A DNA stretch of 56,984 bases, counting the filler, from Dugesia japonica (lineage: Eukaryota): assembly GCA_001938525.1 (NCBI GenBank). It is 3 parts of 3 records of this genome, joined end to end, with 100 filler letters (N's around TTAATTAATTAA, not from the genome) between each part and the next. Parts side by side here need not be neighbours in the genome. Positions count along the whole stretch, not along the records: positions 1 to 30,589 come from MQRL01642434.1; 2 more parts are not named here. One strand, written 5' to 3'. The stretch's first letter is position 1; each line of letters opens with the position of its first letter. Positions 1 to 11,989 of this stretch are shown here, piece by piece. The notes beneath the pieces are model-generated. The model made no database searches. It saw only the letters and a program-made list of their open reading frames with translations, and was not told the origin of the DNA. A program made the position numbers and the translations under genes.

Positions 1-70
<70 letters not shown>
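1..70. repeat. (TAA)n/(TAT)n microsatellite
   Basis: Directly visible trinucleotide tract at the window start. Confidence 0.97.
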
Positions 71-71
<1 letters not shown>

Positions 72-1699
72 ATATTGATTGGCTCGACACCTGTGTTCTA
101 GCCCAACAAATTACTAGGGGTCTTCAGAAAAATTCCGTCGAGTTTATTTGTTGTTTCACTTCATTTTTCATTTACTGTTCTTGTCCATTTATTAATTGTC
201 CTCCGACTCTCATTAATCTCTTCACTTTTCCGGTTGTTTATCCTCCAAGAACTGTTTTATATCCTCTGATTATTATTTTACTATTTACTTGCTCAACTTG
301 ATATCTTCCGATAATCTCCTTTCATTACTGTAAATCATTGAATTATCTTTCAATTCTAAATATTTATTGTACACTTTTCTTTCTCCTTTCCTCCCTTCCT
401 TCTTTTCTTTTCCTCCTTCTTTTTCTCTCTCTTTTTACCCCATCTTATAATTTCTCACTTCTGTTAACGTTTTCATTAAACCTGTTACCAACTTTTATTC
501 TCTAACTCTCATCTTATCATCCGTTCTCACTACAGAACACTTCTAGTCTACAAACCACTTCTCTTCTGTCTCTCATTTCGAAGTGCTTTTCTATAATCTC
601 TCCCCTAACTATTCATCCTCATTTTACCTCATTATCGTCATTTACTCTTCATCATCTCTTCCGTCTTTTTTTACCAACAACTCACTACATCAGGTCAACC
701 GATTCCTTATCAGAAAAGATGACTGATAGGTCAAAACTAAAACAGAAAAGAAAAGAAGAAAAAAAAATTAAATCAAATTGGTACATAATTTATAATTCTA
801 GTAAATTTAAACAGCATTATTCATTAATACATTAATCATAAATGTCAGGTTAAATCAAACTTTTAAGTGTAATAAATAACAATTAATAGGAATAGGATCA
901 CAATAAATGTTAATCAAATGTAAAATGTTACTTGAGTGATCCATTAATGAATTTGGACAGGATTGCAGAATTGAATTGGTTTTGGTGGTAAGATCGATTC
1001 TGAAAAGTTAGTTCATAATAAAACCTGTAGTAAAGTCAGGACAAATAAATAATCAGTCAGCCTGCAGCACAGAACTGCCTTAAGAAAAACACATCGTTCA
1101 ATTTGTAATATAGAAATGCTAGAAATAATAGCAATCACAGAGCATTGAAGGTAAACATATAAGTCATTCAAATTGTACATTCAATCGGGATGCTTCGAAC
1201 AGTTGGACTTAGTTGGGTGGTTGAATTGAACTAAATTGAATCGATTTGCACTGATGAATTTAGTTGAAACTGTTAAATAGCCTTAGATTGTAGAGCAGGT
1301 GGATCTTTGTTGTTATAGTAAAATTCTGTACACTGAGATATTGTAGGAATGGATGCAATATAGGATTACTGAACACAAAGTGTCAGGATTGCAGCACAGA
1401 ACATAGATAGTTCCATTAGTAGATTGTCGTATTTACACAAGATACAGGTTCACACGTGATTGATTCAACTGTTCCAGAAGGCTATCTCATCGGCCCTTGA
1501 ATGTGGCCAATTCCCAATCTCTGCTTGTCTTCTCGAGTCTCTTATGCAATGTAAATCTCTCTGGACTCCACCAGCAGTAGAATTCAGATTTATTTCTTCA
1601 GGGGTAGGTAGTAGTGCTCATCTACTTGTTCGTTCCCTTTTGGACAATAGAGGTTGATAATTTTCCATTACGTGTACACCCGGTAATGGTTCACTTCAT

Positions 1700-2400
1700 T
1701 TTTTTCTGAATCTTTCATTTTTCATTTGTAATTGCCGCACTGTAATTTGAACATTCTGGATGTAACACTCGTCGTCGTCTTGTTTGATTATTAATTTACG
1801 TAGTTCAATCTCTAATTGAGCTTTTTTTATGTCAACTCGTTGACTTTTTCACTATCTAACTTCTGGTTCTCCAACCGAGTTTGATTACTTTTTTCCAGTG
1901 CTTTCTCTAGCACTCGCACCTTTCCTTTATGCCACTTTATTTCGACCTGTAATTCGTTAATTTGCTCCAGATGCAATCTATCTTTGGCATTAAGCTTCCT
2001 CTGTAAATCCTCCAATTCTTGAGTTTGCTCAAAGCTTCTCTTTCTCCAATAAATTAATTTTTCATTTGTATTTTGCCATCTTTCTCTAGTAGTTTTTTAT
2101 TTTCGACCTCTAATGAGTCTATCCAGTGACTCATACGTCCTATTTTAGCTTCCTTATTTTGCAATAGACTTATTAGTCTCTCAACTTCTTTTCTATTGAA
2201 TTTCATTTCTAAATATTGATTTTCATTTCGTCTTTCATTTGATGAATTTTTGGCATACATTTCTAAAATTAAGGATAATTTAATAAAGGACTCTTCAATT
2301 ATTAACATTAATAATGCTTTCGTAATAATTATTTACATTTTTCAGGGATTCCAAGAAAGATTAATTTTTGTTGAAAATTTAACTTTATTTCTTAGTTTAA
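1700..2400 (-). pseudogene. Coiled-coil accessory ORF in the 3' region of the giant element
   Basis: ORFs 2054..2308 and 1827..2015 are K/E/L-rich and heptad-like, on the element strand, and separated from the upstream frame by a ~400 bp non-coding spacer. Confidence 0.45.
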
Positions 2401-2841
2401 TAATATTGATAATATTTTTCTATTTTTTTACAGTTTACGCCTTCTGATTCTACATAATTTACTTATACTTTTATGAGATAAAAAATGTTTTTATATTTTT
2501 ACAGAATTTCGTGAATACTGACTGTTTACACTTTCATTATTGTTATTATTTACAATTCAACTGATTAAACGTTTCTACCATATCCAAATTATTACTAAAA
2601 AATAACTGATCCGATAATTGTTTCATACATTTATTACTTCTAACTGCTAATCAATGTTATACTTAACTAATTTTTACTAACTCTATCCTTTTCAAAATCA
2701 TTATTTACAAAAACTCTCATATTACTTCTTTATTTTAAAAATCATTCCAACCAGACTCTTTTTCTGGTTCGAACACCAATTTAGGTGCATGCAAATGTCT
2801 ATCATATAGATTTAGTAAACCCTTTCCGCTATTTTATTCCT

Positions 2842-4325
2842 TTATATTTTCCTCTTCTGATTTTTAACGCTACTTTTGTAAAACAATATTATACTGGCTG
2901 CTGTTATTGCCCCAATTGCTATACCGATAAGTCTTGCTAACCAATTCCGTTCTTTTCCCCTCATGTTTGCAGTAGGTACTACCTCATGTTTCAACTCCTC
3001 ATCCACTAAAATTTCCGTCTTTGAACTGATCCTTGTAAATTTCTTTAACCATTTATTCATATGTTCCTCTTGTTCCTTGTTTAACACATTCAATTGTTCC
3101 GTATTTAAATCAGTAGTATTGATCTGAATTCCATTTTTATTCCTTTTCTTTTTCTATTTCTGTTTGCTTGTTGTTTCAGAGATGTTTCCGATAATTCTCT
3201 TTTTTATAACTGTTGTTGAAACGATGTTCGATTTTCTTGTAATTATTCTTGGTTTATTATTTACTTTATTAGGTCTTCTTGATGATAATTTCTTTTTATT
3301 CCGTAGTAATACATGCTCAATTTTTACCCATAGTCCTTTTAATTGAAATAATTTTTTCGTTGTTCCGACAGGTAACTTCAACCATCTTTTAGCTGACTGT
3401 TTCTCCTTTACTGCCCAATCTTCAAAATCTAAGTATTGTGATACAATTATTTATCGTACCATATCTGATTTTATTTTGAACTGAAGAAATAGATATCTTA
3501 AAATTCTATTTCCTCTTTCTCTTAGAAAATCTATTCCAGTTCCACAGATATCCTTTCTTTCTAATTGAATTATTTTTTGTCTATGCCAATTCTTTAATCC
3601 ATCACTTTCCCATATTAACNCTGTTAATCCAGTAAAATCTATTTTCCAATGTTGTGATATATTATTTACTTCTTGTGATAAACAATTTCCATTATTGTCT
3701 CTCAATGTTGGTAGTCTTGATTCTCGAATGACGTATGAAATTTGGATACGTTTGTTATGATAGGTACTGTAAGCCCTTCTTTCTTTAAATTTCTTTAACT
3801 TTGTATTGTTTTTCGTTGTCCTAAATTCATTACGCCATACTTTCAATGTGAGTCCGTCATATTGGATTGCATAAAAGTGTTGTACTTGATCTGTTTCTAC
3901 TAACACTTCTAATTTCCAGTAATGTTTTTCCAGTCTTACTTGTATTGAATGACTCTTACTTGGTATTGCTGGTGTGATCGTAAATCCAATAAAAAATTTA
4001 TTATTACTAGCACTTCTCGTAACTCTTTCCAACCCTTTTTTTGATACTGTCAATATTCTATTATGCGAGTACCCAATATACACTATATATTCCGTAATAA
4101 TATTTTTATAGTCCAGACGTTTATCTCCGTTTACAAACTTTACGGTTACTATGATTTTTATAACATATATCCATTTACTCATCATTTTCAGTGATCGGTT
4201 TGGCGAAATAGTTGTTTTTGTAATTCTCTGTAAATTGTTTTTTTAAATTCATTCATCGTCATCATTCTAACTTCCGTATTTGCCAAAAACATTGCGATTA
4301 AGACTATTAAACATAAGACAAACAT
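2842..4325 (-). pseudogene. Putative type I membrane protein (signal peptide, ectodomain, TM, basic tail) at the end of the element's coding region
   Basis: MFVLCLIVLIAMFLANTEVR at 4325-4270 (my translation), ORF 3451..4185, then TM LIGIAIGAITAASIILFY (~2931-2878) and KSSVKNQKRKI-stop. Frameshifted. Confidence 0.55.
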
Positions 4326-4399
4326 AGTCGTTGTTGTTGTGAAGTATCTAATCCCAGTTGTTCTGTTACATCTTTGTTTTTGTTTTTTGCCAATTTCTT

Positions 4400-6980
4400 G
4401 AGCATAATTTAAATCAATCTCTTTGCGTTCATTTCCTTGTTAGTCTTTTGCTGAAAATTCTAGTAATGCAGAATTTTGTCTTTCTTCTCATTTCGTTGAT
4501 CCCCTTTGAAATCTCAGTTTATCCTTTGATTTTGTCGATTTTTGTTAGGACTTTGTCTATTGATGTGTCTCTTGCTTGCCACCTCTTCTGTGAGTCTCAA
4601 CATTTCGGATTGGTTCTAAGCTTTTGAGATCTTCCTCTTCAAGGAAAGGTTTACAATTTTCAATTTCTTTCATTAGTACTAAAAGTACTTTATCGCATTG
4701 TAAAATTACTTCCTTCATATTTTTTAGTTCGTCAGAAGAATCTTTTCCTGTTGAGTCTATTGTTTCAGGTCGTTGTCGTTTTTTCTCTTGGCCGATTTCT
4801 TGATCTTTAATTCAAATGTCTCTCTTGCTTGATTTGGTTTCCCTTGTCTTTGATTCTCCAAATATTTGTTGCCATATTTCTTCTTTTATTTTCTTCATCT
4901 CTAGTAAATCTGATCCGCTTAAAAGTGGAGGTCTCCCAGAGTCTTTGCAGTATTCCAGTAACCCACTCTTGATTCCCACCATAAAATCCATATCGCTATC
5001 TTCTTCACTTTGTGATATATTATTCCTATAATTTCTTTCTTTTCTTTCTTTTTCTTGTAGAACCATACGATTACTTATTTCATCAATTTTTTCTATAGCG
5101 TTTTGCAGCGGTCCTTCGTTATTTTCATTTTTTCTAGATTTGTTTTGAATTCTTTGACTTTTACTCTTAACAGTTTCTTTTTCTCGTTTGTTTTGCTTTT
5201 TTAAGTGGGCTTTTAATTTATCAAACGTCTGATAATCTTCTTGCTTCAATTTTNNNNNNNNNNNNNNNNNNNNNNNNNNNNNNNNNNNNNNNNNNNNNNN
5301 NNNNNNNNNNNNNNNNNNNNNNNNNNNNNNNNNNNNNNNNNTTTTTAACGATTTTAATGATTCTTTTCGATCGCGCATTTCTTGATTTTTGAGATGATCC
5401 TTCCACATTTGTTTTGGTTGCTGTTTTGTTTCTTCTGTAATTCTAAGATCAATGTTACTTTCTTTAAATTTATCATACAAATGCCATTCATTTTGCAGTT
5501 CCTGTAATGATCCTCCGAAATTTAATTTTTATACATTGGCCATTCTTTAAAGTCTTGTGCTAATTGTAGCGATCTTTCGTAGTTTTGACAGTTTTGAATT
5601 CTCATTCGACTTCCGTTCCCTTTTTCTCTCCTTTTTCTAGGTAAATTGACATCCTTGGCGATCCTCTTTTGTTCGTTTTTTCTGAATTTCCTTCGAATTT
5701 GCCAACTCTCTGATGATACTTTATCTTCTTCTGTATTTTCTTTATTTTCTATTTCTTGAATTTCTTTGTTAATGTATTTATTTTCTATTTTCTAAATATT
5801 TTGTTTTTGCTTTTTTCATCTGCTTTTAATTTTATTTGTAACATAGCTTTATGAAATTCGTCTACTGCTTCAACCAAATTATATGTTACTATATCTATAC
5901 AATCCAAACAGAAAGTTTTATATACGCTTTCCAAAATTGGAATCTTCACAACTTTCTCCTTTTCTTTGCCCATTTTGCACACATTATTTGTTCACATTTG
6001 ATTGTGTATTATCCATTGTTTTTGTCGTACCACTTATTGTAAAGATTCCTTTAGTTCCTTTTGAACAATACTATAACACCTATCACATAATTTGATCACA
6101 TCTTCCTTTTTGATTGGACATTTNNNNNNNNNNNNNNNNNNNNNNNNNNNNNNNNNNNNNNNNNNNNNNNNNNNNNNNNNNNNNNNNNNNNNNNNNNNNN
6201 NNNNNNNNNNNNNNNNNNNNNNNNNNNNNNNNNNNNNNNNNNNNNNNNNNNNNNNNNNNAAAAGTTGCTTTCCATTTTCTACTGGCATCGTGATTCATTT
6301 TTCGATAATTACTACCGTCTCCTTAGTTACAATCAAAATACTTCTTTTGATATCTACCACATTTCTCGTTGTCACAAATTCTATCAGACGAATAAATTTC
6401 TGTAGTTTTCTCTTTATCAACTGAGCTAATTTTAGACTCAATTTTTTTGGTAACCGAATGAAAGTATCCGTCATTTCTTCCAGCAATATTAATTTCGTTT
6501 CCATTGTCTTTTTTGTTTAATCTGGCCACAAACCCTCCTGAATTTGAAAATGTGACTGGTTCTATTTGCATTCATAATGGTTTTCCTGCTGTAAGTCCTC
6601 TCATATGGCTGTAACAACATGATAAATTTTTATTTATTATTCTGCAAAAATTAATCAAACATCGATTACAAAAATTCTTACATTGTTCTCTTTTTACTTT
6701 ATCAACTATTTCTATTTTTGAACACTGTCCACATGTTAAATTAGCATGTTCTAACTCTACTCATTTCTCTTTTCAAATCTAATAACTGATATACACTGCT
6801 CTTAAACAATAATAACATGATTTAATTAATAGACTTTTTATTAAAGGTATTGATGTTGATTTGATTTTATTATATAGTTTACATCGGTTCTCATTATTGT
6901 ATACGTTAACTTTTGGTCTAGCAGTAATCATATTTATACTTTGTCTTGATCTCAAAGGATATCTGTTTTCGTCATTAGAA
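4400..6980 (-). pseudogene. Post-integrase extension: Cys-rich (CxxC) region followed by charged coiled-coil region
   Basis: The frame continues past the integrase tail RYPLRSR into CYYC, CGQC, CKNFCNRC, CDNEKC, CDRC and CLDC motifs, then the K/E-rich ORF 4812..5480. Confidence 0.55.
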
Positions 6981-8130
6981 ATTTACGGTTTTTGATATTT
7001 CCGTTTCTGTTTCTTTATTTCTGTTGAAAGATCTACTTTAACGATTTTTGGTTCTTCATCTGTTGCTGCTGCTAACTTCCATCTTGTCACGTGCACTAAA
7101 CTTGGTTTCTTTAGTGGATTCCCTACTTCTTTCACTTTTAAATTCGTAGTTGTGGTATCTAATACTACATAAGGACCTCTATTTGGCCGTTTTAATTTGT
7201 TTGATGTGCTAACGTCTATTGATGGTGTATTTACCAAAACTAAATCTCCGATTTTAAATTCATGTGGTTTGGTATCTCTGTCATATAATTTCTTGTAACT
7301 CTCCTGGAAAGATTTTGCATTTGATTTTGCTGATTTTCACAAATCTTCCATATGTTCTTTATTACCAGTCACGTCTTCATTTTCTTCCGTATTCTTAGAT
7401 ATTGGTGGTTGATGTTCTAAATCAATCGGCATGTTGCATTCTCAACCATACATCAATTTAAATGGTGATGCTCTTGTTGCCGGATGTACACCCATCCTAT
7501 AAGCAAATAAACATAAGTTCAACTGTTTATCCCAATTTCTTTAATTTCTAGATACGTACGTCGACAGCATTCTGACTACAGTTTGATTAAATCGTTCCGT
7601 CATCCCATCAGTCTGCGGATGATACGCTGAAGTTCTCAATTTCTGAACGCTAAAGTAGCTTGTAATTTCCTTCATTAGCTCACTCATAAAATTTTTCCCT
7701 TGATCCGTTAAGATCTTCTTTGGTGGTCCGTATCGACTGAATAATTTTTCTACCAACACCTTTGCAATTGTGCCTGCTTTTTGGTCTTTTAACTCAAATG
7801 CTTCTGGATACTTTGATAGATAATCCACACCTACAATGTCCATTGCAATTATATCCATTGGAGCTGATGGTACTATTATTGGCTGTAATAGTGCCTTTGA
7901 CTTCTTGCCAGTGCCCCTTCTTGCTGCACATACTTTACACCGATTTACTTAATCTCTAACACAAGTAGTAATATGCGGCTAATAATATTTCGCTGGCAAT
8001 TTCGATTCCGTTTTCTTTGCAGACATGTGTCCTCCCAATAATTAATTGTGATACTGTTCCAGTATTTTAGTCTATCGACACATAGGGATCACTAATAACA
8101 TTTTCCCTCTTTCTTTCATCCTTAACCTCC
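6980..8130 (-). pseudogene. pol: Integrase (HHCC, DDE core, GPY/F) of giant element copy 1
   Basis: YHN..GGH..CKVC zinc-binding motif; IAMDIVG, ILTDQGKNF, SAYHPQTDGMTERFN; RGPYVV; small internal deletion after DIVG. Confidence 0.93.
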
Positions 8131-8199
8131 CTTTAACATTTTCATATCGTCCTCCCCGTTTTTTGAGGTGTTCATTCATTGCTTTTCCACAGTCAGTTT

Positions 8200-9450
8200 T
8201 ACTTCAATCAAAATGTTTTAGATATTCCGTGATTATTTTCACTTCTTCATCATTTCCTTGATCTTTCTTTAGTTCATTAAAATCTTTATCTTCAGCGAAA
8301 ATTATATATAATGTCGGTACTTCCCGATTCATTAGCTGTTGTAAATCGATTACCATTTTCTCTCCAAATTCTTTTGCTGTAGGCTCTTCTTTATATTCAT
8401 CAAATTTATCTCTTGACATAAAATTTACATTAATGCATATTCCTGTAATTTCATGGCCCATCTTGCCATTCGATTTATTTGTAATGGTTTCTGTCTGATC
8501 ATTGTTAATGGCTGATGATCTGTATATATTGTCAATTGATGTCNNNNNNNNNNNNNNNNNNNNNNNNNNNNNNNNNNNNNNNNNNNNNNNNNNNNNNNNN
8601 NNNNNNNNNNNNNNNNNNNNNNNNNNNGTTGAAAGGTTTTGCTAAAATATCCAAAAACTCGTTCCCAACCTTCCTCATCTAACTGACTCAATACTGATCC
8701 CATTGCATAACCACTTGCATCAGTTGATAGAACGAATAGTTTCTTTAAATCCGGTTGCTCTAATATAGGTGCTGTCATTAATTTATCCCGAATGATTTCA
8801 AATGCGGTTCGCTGTTCTTTTCCCCAATGGAATGTGACATCTAGTTTTACCAAGGATTGTATCGGCTTTACAATTATGGCGAATCCCTTAATAAACTTTC
8901 TATAGAAGTTTGCCATTCCTAGAAATATTTGTACATCATTCACCGTTTTTGGTACTGGAAGATTCTTTATTTTTTCAATAATTTTTGGATCTGGTTGTTT
9001 TCCACTTTCTGATATTAAATGGCCCAAATATGATACTTGATTCTTGGCCCATTCACATTTTGTAGTTTTCACTTTCAATTTCCATTCTCTCAATCTTACA
9101 AATACCTTNCTAAGATCCGTTAGGTGTGCATCAAATGTTGTCAAAAATAATAATAAATCATCAATATATACCATACATTGCGGTAACTCATGTGTTACGA
9201 AATTCGTACATCTCTGAAAAGATGATGGTGCATTTGTTAGTCCAAATGGCATTTTTGTAAATTGATACAAAATCTTTCCCGGCCGAAAATGCAGTCTTGT
9301 CTTTATTAGCCTCTTCAATTTCAATTGCTTCTTCACTAAGTTTTACTTGAGCCTGTGGTTGTCTGAATGGCCTAAGTTTAATTGGTGAATCATCAATTAG
9401 TGGTATTGAATGTTTTTTTACTGAACATATTCCTGATTCTTCATCTTTCC
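8200..9450 (-). pseudogene. pol: Reverse transcriptase and RNase H of giant element copy 1
   Basis: KMPFGLTNAPSSFQR, VYIDDLL, YLGHLIS, FLGMANFYRKFI; RNase H LSTDASGYAMGSVLSQ and IYTDHQPL..RMARW. The RT N-terminal part appears deleted. Confidence 0.95.
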
Positions 9451-9959
9451 AAGCAAAGATGTCTCGAAATTCTTCTAACAGCTCTACTAATCGTTTTTAT
9501 CCTTTTCCGCTAATATTTCTGATTGGATTTTAAATTTTCTATCTACGTCTTCTGTTTCTGTGGTCAGTATAACTTCCATTTTTGCTGCTCTTTGTTTTGA
9601 CATAGGTTTCATTTCTTCAATTTTTAATTTCTCTGCTTTCTCCTCCTCATCAAGAAAGGGTGTCAAAAATCCAATTTGGAATTAAAAAATATTGTAATAT
9701 TCTCTTCCGATGTATTTAACACGTTTATCGGTACTTGTCTTCTATCATCAACATACACCAATTCTTTGACTGCGGGTAGTTTATATCACTTTGTGAATCC
9801 TGGATGAGGCTTAAAATACATATTTCTTCTGTCATTCGTATTTGATTTTGCAACATAACACACATAGCTTTTTCTGGGTATTATGATTTTCTCCGGTATA
9901 TGTACCTCATCATCTTGAGTAAACAAGTTTTCTTTCGAACTAGTAATCTGCAATGTTGT

Positions 9960-10260
9960 CATATCTAAAAGCACATTTTTCATCAGTATAATATCAGTCC
10001 CCAATATACAATGTTCTTTCATTTCCATGATTTTCATATTGTGATCCACTTTTCTTCCATCAAATTCCACTTCACATTTTAATTTTCCAAATACCGCAGC
10101 TTGATTTCCATCTGCCACTATTACCTCCAAGTTACTGATTTCTATATATGGNCATCTAATTTTTGGGACTAAATTAAGATTCAATACTGATATGGTTGAA
10201 TCTGTGTCTAATAATGCTGATATCGGATTTCTATCTATCATTACGTCTATCATTATTCTC
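9960..10260 (-). pseudogene. pol: Main retropepsin-like aspartic protease of copy 1
   Basis: ALLDTDSTISVL (copy 2 has LLDTGAT), flap VADG, C-terminal CILGTD. Confidence 0.9.
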
Positions 10261-10397
10261 GATCCAATTTCCGAGTAAATACAAGATATCATTTTTGGTG
10301 GTTCATATGAATCCAAATTACTTGTTGATTGGATTTCTCGACTATTTCTTGTGTTTGTATGATTACGCGATCTTTTCGTAAATCCTTCTTGAAACCA

Positions 10398-10551
10398 GCA
10401 TTGCCTCTGAATGTGAGCGTATTTTCCACACAGATAACATTGTTTTCTGTCACTTTGATCATCAAATCTTTCTTCTAGTTTAATCGGATAATAACCCTTT
10501 CGATGGTTACATTGTTCTTCTATATGGTTGTTCCTCCTACATATCTGACAT
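10398..10551 (-). other. Two CCHC zinc knuckles in frame with the main protease
   Basis: My translation: CQICRRNNHIEEQC and CYLCGKYAHIQRQC, reading through without a stop into ORF 9786..10316. Confidence 0.88.
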
Positions 10552-10624
10552 CGTTGATTCTTAGTTCAAATTTTACGACTGGTGGTAGTAATAAGTTTAC
10601 TTATTTCTATTTTGCCGTCCGGAA

Positions 10625-11245
10625 AAGTCCTCGGCATCAAATCTAGCCCAATGATACAATCAAACAGCAAATACTCCATTATGTCTACTGGATGTGTGAG
10701 TATCGATTCATGAATTTCGGATGTCTGAGATTTTTTAATTTTTATATTTAATATTAAGATTGGTTNNNNNNNNNNNNNNNNNNNNNNNNNNNNNNNNNNN
10801 NNNNNNNNNNNNNNNNNNNNNNNNNNNNNNNNNNNNNNNNNNNNNNNNNNNNNNNNNNNNNNNNNNNNNNNNNNNNNNNNNNNNNNNNNNNNNNNNNNNN
10901 NNNNNNNNNNNNNNNNNNNNNNNNNNNNNNNNNNNNNNNNNNNNNNNNNNNNNNNNNNNNNNNNNNNNNNNNNNNNNNNNNNNNNNNNNNNNNNNNNNNN
11001 NNNNNNNNNNNNNNTTTTTTAAGAAAAGACTTGTGATAATCAATAAACAATTTATGGAGACTTTTGAGACTTTAAATTTAACTAATAGGGTGTATAAAAC
11101 AAATTGTTTCTGTCTCTATTTTACAATCCATTTCACCTATTATTTTATCTTGTTGTCCACTTTTAAGCACGAAAAATCTCATCGCTGTCTTACTGGCTCT
11201 TGTATCGATCATACAATTGATTTTACGACCATTTATCATTTAACG
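10625..11245 (-). pseudogene. Additional retropepsin-like domain(s) between the glycoprotein tail and the zinc knuckles
   Basis: MINGRKINCMIDTRASKT..SGQQDKIIGEMDCKIE..HPI on one side of the N gap and HPVDIMEYLLFDCIIGLDLM on the other. Confidence 0.7.
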
Positions 11246-11989
11246 TTTCATCAACATGCCACTACTTCGTGATGTTAATGGACATAAACTTTGTGTTTCC
11301 TCATGCTGTGAATTCACTTCATATTCAATAAACTCATTAAATTGTGTAGTTTTGTGTGGCGTAGTTTAAAAAATTTGCATATCATCTAATTTTTTCAATT
11401 TTATCTATGGACGAACTCTCAGTGGATATTCGCATCTTTCTTTATTTTTATTGATTTGTTCATCCAATTGTTGTAATTTTTCATTTAGATAATACGTTTC
11501 TGGAAAATAAAAAAATCGTTCCCCTTGATTTGAGTTCCATATTCGACTTGTTGTTTGTTTAGTTTGCTGTAATTTGCTCCTTGATGCTGGTATCGGTCTT
11601 TCCTAATTCGTCCTTAGAGTATGTGCCCGATGATTGGTTGCTAGTTCTTTTTTACAAAAATTCAGATTTTCATTTATAGCTGTATTCTTATAGTCATCAC
11701 GTTCTTGTTTGCTATCATTTCTTTGGTAATTTAGTTGATAATTTCCGCAATTAATTTCATCTTTATATTCATAGTGTTGGTTATTCACTGTTGCAAACTC
11801 TGCATTTCGTTGTCTTCCATCTGGATAATTATTGCCATCATCGTCACTACTATCATCATCATGACGTTTCCATGGGTGAAACATATCAAAATAAGACGTT
11901 TTCTGATCTTTCTGTTTCCTTAAACCTCTCCCAATTTCCCGCATTTTTGTTCTACAATTTCGCGATCTGTACCTTTTAATTTGCTTTAT

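Noticed and set aside
1245-1285. CTGATGA...GAAAC hammerhead-like core
   Set aside because: Stems I and II cannot pair convincingly; likely chance.
9500-9950. dUTPase or other extra domain between PR and RT
   Set aside because: Looks like the usual beta-rich Gypsy PR-RT spacer; no dUTPase motifs recognised.
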